Positions 18,988-27,079 of a stretch of DNA of 64,000 nt are shown here, one piece after another (the stretch's first letter is position 1; the number at the start of each line of letters is the position of its first letter). The translations under genes and the position numbers were made by a program. Source of the stretch: Candidatus Cloacimonadales bacterium (GTDB lineage: Bacteria; Cloacimonadota; Cloacimonadia; Cloacimonadales; JAFGVF01); NCBI GenBank assembly GCA_963663475.2, contig CAXXJV010000001.1:32001-96000 (forward strand), in the 5' to 3' direction. The notes under the pieces were generated by a model. That model did not search any database, was not told the origin of the DNA, and saw nothing but the letters and a program-made list of their open reading frames with translations.

Positions 18988-19380
18988 ATGAAAAAAGAAG
19001 ATTATTGGAATGAACATAACTCTTATGACAGCATTATAGCAGAGGTCGAGGATAACAAGAAGTGGTGTAACTATCCCATGAACTGCTTAGTAGATTGGTA
19101 TCATTATGTCCCCAGTGAGTTAGAAGATGATGAAGACTGGCATTGGGAATTAGATAGATCTATTCCTGCCCGTTATGATATTCATACCCTGATCATGAAT
19201 GACTACAACTTCACCCAAGAAGAAAGAAAGCTAATAGAGAGAACTGATAAAAAACTCTTAGATAACATAGATTATTACTTTAAGAAGATTAGAGTTATAA
19301 GCCCTGATGAACTATCAGAGTTTTTGATTTGGTTGCAGGATGCTAGAGTAGCAGAGAAGAATGAAGAATCTCACTCATAA
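18988..19380 (+). CDS. Acidic 130-aa hypothetical protein, immunity-like
   Basis: AAGGAAG RBS before ATG 18988 (MKKEDYW...); D/E/W/Y-rich, unlike the K-rich in-frame upstream segment of the 18751 ORF. Confidence 0.55.
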   Translation: MKKEDYWNEHNSYDSIIAEVEDNKKWCNYPMNCLVDWYHYVPSELEDDEDWHWELDRSIPARYDIHTLIMNDYNFTQEERKLIERTDKKLLDNIDYYFKKIRVISPDELSEFLIWLQDARVAEKNEESHS

Positions 19381-19685
19381 GTTCACTAATCACACAAAGG
19401 AGTTGATAGAAAGATAGTAGAAAATCTATAAACCACCTGAAAAGGATAAATACCTAAACCTAGGTAAAAGCCTGACTTATGATACCAAAGAATAGTCATG
19501 TAGCAAAAACCTGTCTCCCAGAGTAATTATGCTAGGCCAGGATTTTTACCCTCTTAAGATCTAGTAAATTTTTTTTATAAGTGTCATTTATCACTAATAC
19601 CTTTTGTTTTTACACAATCTGGCCCACCACCTGCAGACATAAAAGCCTTTACTAAATCTGCTTTTTCCCTATAAGCATCCTTATA

Positions 19686-19744
19686 CCTTCCTTTACAGTC
19701 TTTCGATGAAACCTGGACTTTCATCGAAAGACTGTAAAGGAAGG
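19686..19744. repeat. Perfect 26-bp inverted repeat with 7-nt loop (copy 1)
   Basis: CCTTCCTTTACAGTCTTTCGATGAAA-CCTGGAC-TTTCATCGAAAGACTGTAAAGGAAGG; second copy at 62053-62111. Confidence 0.9.
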
Positions 19745-19814
19745 ATTAAGAATGGTAAGAGGATTTTTACGGATAATTATCAGGTTTGATGAGAAATTAT
19801 CTTGTACAGAATAG

Positions 19815-20035
19815 GGAGAGTAAACAATCCCCTTTCAGCTCTTTATCTCTAATGTAAATATCCCTAACACAGAGTTCACAGAGGTTAAGAGGAATTTCAC
19901 AGAGTTTTTAAGAACTAACTAAACTCTAAAATCTTAAATTATTATCATACTCATGTTTTTGTGTCTCTTGTGTGATTCTCTTAATTCCCCTTTCAGCTCG
20001 TAAGAGTGGTATGTGAGGGGATTGTTTACTCTCTC
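19815..20035. repeat. Mosaic of REP-like modules between the convergent 18988 and helicase genes
   Basis: GGGAGAGTAAACAATCCCCTTTCAGCTC, AACACAGAGTTCACAGAGG and AATTCCCCTTTCAGCTCGTAAGAG modules shared with the other clusters. Confidence 0.7.
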
Positions 20036-20089
20036 CAGCTATATAAGTAAGTTTCTTTGTACTTATTATAAAGCTCATTAATTCTCCTC

Positions 20090-22534
20090 TTATTTATATC
20101 TTTTCATCTTAACGTAGTCTTCTCTTCTAAATTGAATAATATCTTTCACAAAAAATGTAATTTCTTTGTTATATTTTTCTATTAGTTCTAAGTCCTCTTT
20201 GTTGAGTTCTAGATAAAAGCTTTTGTTTTCCCAATCGTAATTAAAGAGAGATTTTGGGTTTTTAGATAAATAGTATATAGGATTTCTTTCAGCTAAAGAT
20301 GCCCAGTCTTTATCAGTCCATTTTTCATAATCACGATTACTATTATTTGTAAGGTCATGAGAATTTATTGCAGATTTGTAGAAGAGCTTAAAGCTAGCAA
20401 CGATATTATCGAGGCTAATTCGAGTTTGTAGTTTATCTTTTTGGATGAGAGAAAGAATTGTAGGCATTTTATAAAGCTTAGTCATAGAAGTTTTTTCGAT
20501 TTCTATTAATAGTTTAGCCAGATTAGACTCTATCAAATCAGAGAAAATTTGATTATCAGGAAAGATTAAGTGAAGGAAATTTAGCCAAGACCCAAATTTT
20601 TTAATGTAGATTTTGCCTGGGAAATCAGAAGCAGAGTTAAATTCACTTAAGGAATAAGGGTTATTTAAGCTTTCTTGCAATTCCTTATAGTTACTAATAA
20701 GTTTTTCTTTGATATTGATTTTTTTAGCACGGAGAATTGCAAAGATATCTATCAACTGAGTATCTATATCTAAACTACAACCAACTGGAAGTTTTTCAAG
20801 AGTTTGTTCAAGTGTAAAGCTTGCTTTATCTTTATCTTCATTCAAATCCCGAGGGGTAAAACCTGACAGATATGCTAGTTTAAGATGGCTATTTTTATAA
20901 TTTCCTACTAAATCAATAACAGTTAGATGTTTTTTATTTGGATTGGTTCTGAGTCCTCTACCGAGTTGCTGGATAAAGATAGTAAAGGATTCGGTTGGTC
21001 TTAAGAACATTACTGTATCAATTTGGGGAATATCAATACCTTCGTTAAAGATATCAACAACACACAGAATATCTATATCTCCCTTAGAGAATTTACTAAT
21101 AAGTTGTGAGCGATTAGGGCTATTAGAATGCAGTGCATAAGCCTTGATATTTTCCTTTCTAAATTGTTCAGCAGTATAATTGGCATGCCTGATAGAACAA
21201 CAGAAGGCTAGAGTATGTTTGCCAGCCTTTTCTCGATAATTTTTAATAATATTATCACTTCTTTTCTTAACTAAAAAAGCATTTTCGAGAGCATTCAAAT
21301 CATATTTTCCTGAACGCCAGGGGATATTTTCATAATCAACATCATCATAAATAGCGTAGTAAGAAAAGGGGACTAACCAGCCATTATTGATAGCTGTTAT
21401 GAAGTTACATTCAAAGGGGATGTTATAATCACAGTATTGATAAATATCTTTATTATCAAGTCTATCAGGAGTAGCAGTAAGTCCAAGCAGAAATTTAGGT
21501 TTAAAGTAATCGAGGAAATTTAAATAAGAAGGAGCTGCTGAATGGTGAAATTCATCAACAATAATATAATCAAAATAATCAGGGGTAAAGATATCGTTAT
21601 TATGATATATTGATTTACCCAGAGTAGAAATTGAACCAAAAATTATATCTTTATCAGTATCTTTCCTATTAGCTTTGAAGTAACCAAAGCTAGCACTTGG
21701 TCTAATTTTTTTAAAGGTAGCATAAGCTTGATCTAGAATCTCTTCACGGTGGGCAATGAAAAGAACTCGTCTAAAGTTTTTAGAGTCAAAAGCTGAAAGA
21801 AAGGTCTTACCCAATCCAGTTGCCATAATTATAAGAGCTTTATCAATTCCTTCTTGCCTAGCCCTGTCTAATTCATATAAAGCTGGAACTTGGCATTTTA
21901 TTGGTTTGTAATTACTTTTAGTCAATTGTTCTGGAAGGGTGTTATCTTCAGCTAGCTCTTCAACAGGATTATCAGAAGAGCTTGGTTCAACAGAATATTG
22001 AAAATCACTATTTTTTAGTGGTTTATATTCAATGAGATATTTATAAAGCCATTCATCACTAGGAGTGAAAGAGTAGTTTTCGTAAATATCATCATACTGG
22101 GATAAAAAGTCATTAATAACCTCTTTCTCATCAATGATAATATTCCATTCAAGTCCAGTGGTTAATGCTGATTTTGACAGGTTAGAAGATCCGATAATCA
22201 TCTGCTCATTTTCTTCTATAAATTTAAAATAATAACCCTTGATATGGAAAGATGTTTTTAACTTATCATGATCAAATATTGCTAATGATAAGTTATCTTC
22301 TTTTAATGATTTAAGTTTATATAAGGCAACAGGTTCAGTAACATTTAAATAGGTACTTGTAAGGATGCTGATCTTTGCCTTGTTCTTCAAAGCATATTTT
22401 AAGTAGTTGAATAATAGTTCAACCCCTGAATTCTTAATAAAGGAAACACAAAAAATGATTTCTTTAGCTGATGCTAGCTTCTCTTTCAAGATTGTCTCTA
22501 GAGATTTTTTACTGGAGTTGGTGATTGCTTCCAT
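20090..22534 (-). CDS. PLD-nuclease + SF2 (ResIII-like DEAD/DEAH) helicase with C-terminal putative DNA-recognition domain; candidate restriction/defence protein
   Basis: PLD HxK motif (FHIKGYYF...IIGSSNLS); MATGLGKT, VDEFHH, GLTATPDRLD, DIFNEGIDIP, QQLGRGLR; C-terminal MTKLYKMPTILS. Confidence 0.85.
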   Translation of the reverse strand: MEAITNSSKKSLETILKEKLASAKEIIFCVSFIKNSGVELLFNYLKYALKNKAKISILTSTYLNVTEPVALYKLKSLKEDNLSLAIFDHDKLKTSFHIKGYYFKFIEENEQMIIGSSNLSKSALTTGLEWNIIIDEKEVINDFLSQYDDIYENYSFTPSDEWLYKYLIEYKPLKNSDFQYSVEPSSSDNPVEELAEDNTLPEQLTKSNYKPIKCQVPALYELDRARQEGIDKALIIMATGLGKTFLSAFDSKNFRRVLFIAHREEILDQAYATFKKIRPSASFGYFKANRKDTDKDIIFGSISTLGKSIYHNNDIFTPDYFDYIIVDEFHHSAAPSYLNFLDYFKPKFLLGLTATPDRLDNKDIYQYCDYNIPFECNFITAINNGWLVPFSYYAIYDDVDYENIPWRSGKYDLNALENAFLVKKRSDNIIKNYREKAGKHTLAFCCSIRHANYTAEQFRKENIKAYALHSNSPNRSQLISKFSKGDIDILCVVDIFNEGIDIPQIDTVMFLRPTESFTIFIQQLGRGLRTNPNKKHLTVIDLVGNYKNSHLKLAYLSGFTPRDLNEDKDKASFTLEQTLEKLPVGCSLDIDTQLIDIFAILRAKKINIKEKLISNYKELQESLNNPYSLSEFNSASDFPGKIYIKKFGSWLNFLHLIFPDNQIFSDLIESNLAKLLIEIEKTSMTKLYKMPTILSLIQKDKLQTRISLDNIVASFKLFYKSAINSHDLTNNSNRDYEKWTDKDWASLAERNPIYYLSKNPKSLFNYDWENKSFYLELNKEDLELIEKYNKEITFFVKDIIQFRREDYVKMKRYK

Positions 22535-22542
22535 ATTGTTTA

Positions 22543-23115
22543 TTATTTCCTTAGCAAGACATTAAGCCATTTTTCATTTTCTCTTCCAGGACGTTTATCT
22601 TGAGAAATTGTATATTCTACAAGCGTGAAACCAATGTTTCGATAATTGAGAGATTCAAATTTTTCTTCTGTATAATCACAAAAGAAACGTCCATTTCTAA
22701 ATTCTTCTTGTGTACCATATTTAAGCGAAAGGAAAAAATAAGCATTAGTTTTTAAAGCTCGATAGACATTGGATAGTGCTTGGGGCATTTCACTTGCAGG
22801 AATATGAAGAAGAGAGGCACAAGCCCAAGCCCCTACAAATCTTTCATGATATTTAATATCAGCTATTTTTTCATTTGAAATAGGTATTTTGAGATATTGT
22901 GTAGCTAGGTCTGCTAGTTTCTGAGCAGGCTCTAAGGCAAGAACCTTATAACCTTTTTCCATAAAGACCTTAGAATCTCTACCTGAACCACAACCAATAT
23001 CTAATACCTCGCCTGAAGAAGGAAGGAAGGAAAGAAAATAATTTTGCAATTTACTCATATCCACATCTACAGTGGAAGAAAAATATTCTTCAGCTTTTTG
23101 ATTATAGTAGTTCAT
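22543..23115 (-). CDS. Class I SAM-dependent methyltransferase (TehB-like)
   Basis: VLDIGCGSGRD, WACASLLH, SLKYG; start reassigned to MNYYNQ (ATG 23115). Confidence 0.85.
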   Translation of the reverse strand: MNYYNQKAEEYFSSTVDVDMSKLQNYFLSFLPSSGEVLDIGCGSGRDSKVFMEKGYKVLALEPAQKLADLATQYLKIPISNEKIADIKYHERFVGAWACASLLHIPASEMPQALSNVYRALKTNAYFFLSLKYGTQEEFRNGRFFCDYTEEKFESLNYRNIGFTLVEYTISQDKRPGRENEKWLNVLLRK

Positions 23116-23201
23116 ATAATAGTCCCAAATAGATAATTTAAGGCCCATACACAGGTAACTACTTCTTTTTTATGTAGACTTAGGGGTTTAGAGATAAACA
23201 T
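23112..23201 (-). CDS. 29-aa leader ORF (MFISKPLSLHKKEVVTCVWALNYLFGTII) translationally coupled to the methyltransferase
   Basis: AAGGAG RBS 9 nt before ATG 23201; its TGA overlaps the methyltransferase ATG (ATGA). Confidence 0.45.
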   Translation of the reverse strand: MFISKPLSLHKKEVVTCVWALNYLFGTII

Positions 23202-23440
23202 GTTTTAAAGCTCCTTTGCTTTTTTTATCAGGATATTAATCTTTATTTTTTTGTAAAGAAAAAACTAAAATTCAGTGATAAGATAGCTAAGTTGTTTCTT
23301 AGTTCTTAGTATAATTTAGTGGAAAGGATTAAGTATTAGGTTGGACCTTATTGTTGTATTTGAGTAAGTAGACTCTATATTGGATAAGAGATATGAGATA
23401 TGTGCTAAATGGTTTTGGCAGAGAAAGTAAAAAGACTTGC

Positions 23441-23820
23441 ACCACAAAGGATCAAAGACACGAAGAAGAAGATTTTCTAATATCTCTTGTTGTTGTAGGC
23501 AGTTTTAAAACTGCCTACTGCGAGCAAGGATGCTCGCGTTCCCAGTTAAATTGCGAGCAAGGATGCTCACGTTCCCAGTTAGATTGCGAGCAAGGATGCT
23601 CGCGTTCCCAGTTAGAATCTTCTTTCTCTCAGTCTCTCTATCTCTTTATCTCTCTATCTCTCCGTATTTGAGTCAAAAGGCGGAAATCTTCTTATTCGTG
23701 TTTTATTTGTGTTTATTTGTGGCTGAACTCTTCTTCTTATCTGTGTTTTTTGTGGCTTACTTTTTCATCTCAAAACTCTGTGTAACTCTGTGGTAACCTC
23801 TGTGAACTCTGTGTTAAGGA
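23441..23820. repeat. Mosaic of REP-like modules (cluster C), including a 24-bp palindrome and a 3x33-bp REP tandem
   Basis: GTAGGCAGTTTTAAAACTGCCTAC at 23495; TGCGAGCAAGGATGCTCGCGTTCCCAGTTA at 23519, 23552 and 23585; 23630-23755 resembles 15710-15826. Confidence 0.85.
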
Positions 23821-23837
23821 CTTTTTCTTCTTGACAC

Positions 23838-24342
23838 CTGCGTAAACGCGGGCTGGAATCCCGCGACCCAATCCGTAACCACTTTATTATCTGCGTAAAC
23901 GCGGGCTGGAATCCCGCGACCCAATCCGTAACCACTTTATTATCTGCGTAAACGCGGGCTGGAATCCCGCGACCCAATCCCATAACCGCTTGTCATCTGC
24001 GTAAACGCGGGCTGGAATCCCGCGACACAATCCCATAACCGCTTGTCATCTGCGTAAAGGCGGGCTGGAATCCCGCGACCCAATCCCATAACCGCTTGTC
24101 ACCTGCGTAAACGCGGGCTGGAATCCCGCGACCCAATCCAGTAACCACTTTATTATCTGCGTAACCGCGGGCTGGAATCCCGCGACACAATCCCATAACC
24201 GCTTGTCATCTGCGTAAAGGCGGGCTGGAATCCCGCGACCCAATCCGTAACCACTTTATTATCTGCGTAAACGCGGGCTGGAATCCCGCGACCCAATCCC
24301 ATAACCGCTTGTCATCTGCGTAAAGGCGGGCTGGAATCCCGC
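23838..24342. repeat. Tandem array of 53-bp REP-like units (9 full + 1 partial)
   Basis: CTGCGTAAACGCGGGCTGGAATCCCGCGACCCAATCC + 16-17-nt linker; units start at 23838, 23891, 23944, 23997, 24050, 24103, 24157, 24210, 24263, 24316. Confidence 0.95.
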
Positions 24343-24567
24343 TGAGCGAGCCAATTCGCGTTAATTCGTGTAAAGAATCGTGTCAAGTACCAATATAGTG
24401 GACACCTTTTTTATGTATCCTGAGTCATGTATCTCTTTTGAAAAATGAGACATTTACTCATACTTTTGAGTTCTGTTGTCGACTCCATTTTGCATTCGTA
24501 ATTTAGTCGCATTTTCCAAAAGAAAATACATTCAGCTAAGTATCTGTTCATCATCTGGTAACCTCTT

Positions 24568-25353
24568 TTAATGATTTGCAAAATCATTTGGAGTAAAATA
24601 CCCCAAACTTTTGTGAAGTCTCTGAGAGTTATAGATCATTACTGCATCTTTAGTAGCTTTTTTAAGACTTTCTATAGTGCTAAATGTCCGATTTAAACCA
24701 AATTCATGCTTCATTGTGCAGTTTATTCTTTCAGCAATAGGGTTATCATAGCATTTACCATCACCAGTCATACTAATCTTTATACCATGCTTTTTCAGAA
24801 GGCTAATAGTCTCATTACTTGTATATTGAGAACCATGATCTGAATGATGAATAAGATCGTTAGCATTATCAACATGGTTTAGCTGTCTTTTTAACATCCT
24901 TATATGATTATCAGTCAACATATTAGAAGAAACTTCATAATCCAATATCTGTCTAGTATACATATCACTTAGCAAAAACAAATAATAAAACCCTTTGCCT
25001 TTAGAAATATAAGTAATATCAGTTACCCAAACTTGATTTTTCCTCTTTACTTCGGTATCTTTAAGTAAATTAGGATATACCTTACTACCATCTGATATTG
25101 AAGTTTTGCAATATTTCTTCTTCTTCCTGATCAACATATTATGTTCTTTAAGCAGGCAGTTAAGATGATTTCTCCCAATTTTAAAACCATCATTATGTAG
25201 CATTTTCCAACATTTATAAGTGCCTGCATAAGGCTGAATTTTTCTATATTGTTTAACTCTGGAAAGACATAGGGAGTCATTTGTAGAACTCTGGGAGACA
25301 GTTTGAAGATATTTATAGTAACCTGATTTAGATACTTGTAATAAACTACACAT
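24568..25353 (-). CDS. IS3 transposase OrfB (DDE integrase core)
   Basis: VSKSGYYKY, NQVWVTDITYI, HHSDHGSQYTS, CYDNPIAERIN, YNSQRLHKSLGY; frame is open upstream to the slippery site. Confidence 0.9.
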   Translation of the reverse strand: MCSLLQVSKSGYYKYLQTVSQSSTNDSLCLSRVKQYRKIQPYAGTYKCWKMLHNDGFKIGRNHLNCLLKEHNMLIRKKKKYCKTSISDGSKVYPNLLKDTEVKRKNQVWVTDITYISKGKGFYYLFLLSDMYTRQILDYEVSSNMLTDNHIRMLKRQLNHVDNANDLIHHSDHGSQYTSNETISLLKKHGIKISMTGDGKCYDNPIAERINCTMKHEFGLNRTFSTIESLKKATKDAVMIYNSQRLHKSLGYFTPNDFANH

Positions 25354-25358
25354 TTGGC

Positions 25359-25781
25359 TTATTCCTGACCTTTTAGCAACCTTGAAATCAAGAGTTTCTG
25401 AGTATCTTCTGATAAACCTGAATCGATCTTTTTTTTTAAATCAATACCATTTTGTTCTGCAATATAATGAATATATTTCTCTAGAACTTCGTTGGAGAAC
25501 TGACTATCTTCTAATGCTCGTTTTAACTGCTTATTCTCTTTCCTTAAAAGGTCAGATTCACGTATTTCTCTATCGGTCATAACTACCACCTTTTTTCCCA
25601 CTCGTTCATTCATACCATAATTGGCAACCCATCTACTCACATTGCTATCTGAAATATTGTAAAGTCTACAAGCTCCAGCTTGAGTTAAATCTCCCTTCTC
25701 TATTTCGTCAACAACTTTAATTTTAAAACTTTCACTATAGGTCTTTTGAATCTTATGAGTCATATTCTTTTTTCTTTCCAT
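25359..25781 (-). CDS. IS3 OrfA (HTH)
   Basis: YSESFKIKVV...ACRLYNIS...RW HTH plus coiled coil; GGAG RBS. Confidence 0.85.
   Translation of the reverse strand: MERKKNMTHKIQKTYSESFKIKVVDEIEKGDLTQAGACRLYNISDSNVSRWVANYGMNERVGKKVVVMTDREIRESDLLRKENKQLKRALEDSQFSNEVLEKYIHYIAEQNGIDLKKKIDSGLSEDTQKLLISRLLKGQE
25428..25440 (-). promoter_or_regulatory. Programmed -1 frameshift site of the IS3 element
   Basis: Minus strand TTT-A9-G; the -1 frame reads KDRFRFIRRYSETLDFKVAKRSGISQ-MCSLL without a stop into OrfB. Confidence 0.8.
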
Positions 25782-25836
25782 TTCAAGCTCCTAGTTTGTT
25801 TAATTTTCTAGTCCACTTTTATGGAACGACACATCG

Positions 25837-25950
25837 AAGGGGAATGTTTACTCTCCCCGCCTTACGGCACCCCTCTCATACCGCTCTTACGAGCTGAAAG
25901 GGGGATGTTTACTCTCCCCGCCTTACAGCACCCCTAGCATACCGCTCTGA
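25837..25950. repeat. Tandem pair of the TGTTTACTCTCCCCGCCTTACGGCACCCCT...GAGCTGAAAGGGG module
   Basis: Near-identical to 15641-15700; ~61-bp period. Confidence 0.8.
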
Positions 25951-26075
25951 CAAATTGAACTGAAAAAAAAATAATCTTTTTTTCAAAAAAAAGGACCATA
26001 TTGAGAAAAATGGCCTCTTAAAGATTATGAAGGGCTTGCAAGCGTTCAGAAAAAAAATATTAAGAGGTAAAAGAA

Positions 26076-26537
26076 ATGAAAGTTAAATTTAGATATGGGA
26101 TTAAAAGTTATTCTGGCACATTAGATGAGTTAGTTTTTGCAGCATATGAAGATAGGAATGTAGTAATTGGTAGAGAATTACCAAGTGGATTTGAGCGCCA
26201 GGCTCAACATGATGTAATTGCAAATTACTCTGTCAAGCTAGGTGAATTTTATAGAGGCCTTTCTGAAGGTTTTAAAAGTGATTTGGCAGCTTATAGCAAA
26301 CAGATGTATAATTTGAAGGCTTATAGTAAAAAGATAGCAGGTTCGGGTTACTCTGTATTTGTTAAGATGATTTGGGCAGCTTCCAAGGATGCTAATTCAC
26401 CAGTTGATGTAATGTCTTTATCTGTTGATGACATATCTGCAGGAGCTTATAGTATGATTGAGAGTGTTAAGGTAGCGGTAGATAATGGTTATTTACCACT
26501 TGTAGAAGATTATGAGGTATATACCAATACTTTATAA
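26076..26537 (+). CDS. Hypothetical protein, 153 aa
   Basis: GAGG RBS, own terminator, N-terminal MKVKFRYGIKSYSGTLDELVF; no confident family. Confidence 0.75.
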   Translation: MKVKFRYGIKSYSGTLDELVFAAYEDRNVVIGRELPSGFERQAQHDVIANYSVKLGEFYRGLSEGFKSDLAAYSKQMYNLKAYSKKIAGSGYSVFVKMIWAASKDANSPVDVMSLSVDDISAGAYSMIESVKVAVDNGYLPLVEDYEVYTNTL

Positions 26538-26549
26538 AATTTAGCTAGT

Positions 26550-26587
26550 AAGTCTTCCGGGAGTTTAGTCTCTCGGAAGACTTTTTT
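26550..26587 (+). terminator. Intrinsic terminator
   Basis: AAGTCTTCCGGGAG...CTCTCGGAAGACTTTTTT. Confidence 0.75.
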
Positions 26588-27079
26588 GTAAAGAAATAAA
26601 ATATCTTTTCCTTTAATAATTGTTCTTATTTATTTGAAAAATAATATGATAGTAAATGATCTTAATTGTGAATCTTGTTCAACTTGTTTATTAATAGATT
26701 TTTTCCTTGACAAAATATCTAAATATATTATTATGTCTTTAGCATTAATAATGACAAGGAGAGAGAATGGAGTAAATTAACTTTTATGGGTAGGTAGATA
26801 TTTTAGCATGGTAAGAGGACTTTGTGTAGTTTTAGATGATTTAGTATATTGTAAAAACAATTTAGTAGTTATTAAGAAATTCTTGGTTAGGATTATTTAA
26901 TAAACTTATAAAATCACGCCCTTGATAATTTGTATAATATAAATCCAGGTTGAGAAGTATGCTTTTGTAGATAGCAGAATATTCTTTTGTTGTCTTAACA
27001 AAAGTTTTAATGCATCATCAGGGATAAATATAAAATAAGGCGATACTACTGAAATTTTTTTAAAATCTAATGGGGTAAA

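Larger units (their letters stand above)
24381..25833 (-). mobile_element. IS3-family insertion sequence, 1453 bp
   Basis: TG...CA ends; 23-bp imperfect IRs (16/23 identical, ending AGTGGAC); 3-bp direct repeat TCG at 24378-24380 and 25834-25836; orfA/orfB layout. Confidence 0.9.

Noticed and set aside
18751-19380. Single 209-aa protein
   Set aside because: No RBS at 18751, sharp basic-to-acidic switch, and a good RBS at ATG 18988; treated as a fragment plus a separate gene (not certain)
23393-24243. Short ORFs 23393, 23530, 23765, 23993 and 24046
   Set aside because: Translations of the repeat modules (CEQGCSRSQL, WVAGFQPAF) in several frames; no RBS
23838-24342. CRISPR array
   Set aside because: The 'spacers' are only 16-17 nt and come in two re-used variants; no cas genes in the window; the same unit occurs as short dispersed inverted clusters
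15555-25950. Classical integron cassette array
   Set aside because: No integron integrase, cargo genes lie on both strands, and I could not identify RYYYAAC...GTTRRRY attC boundaries
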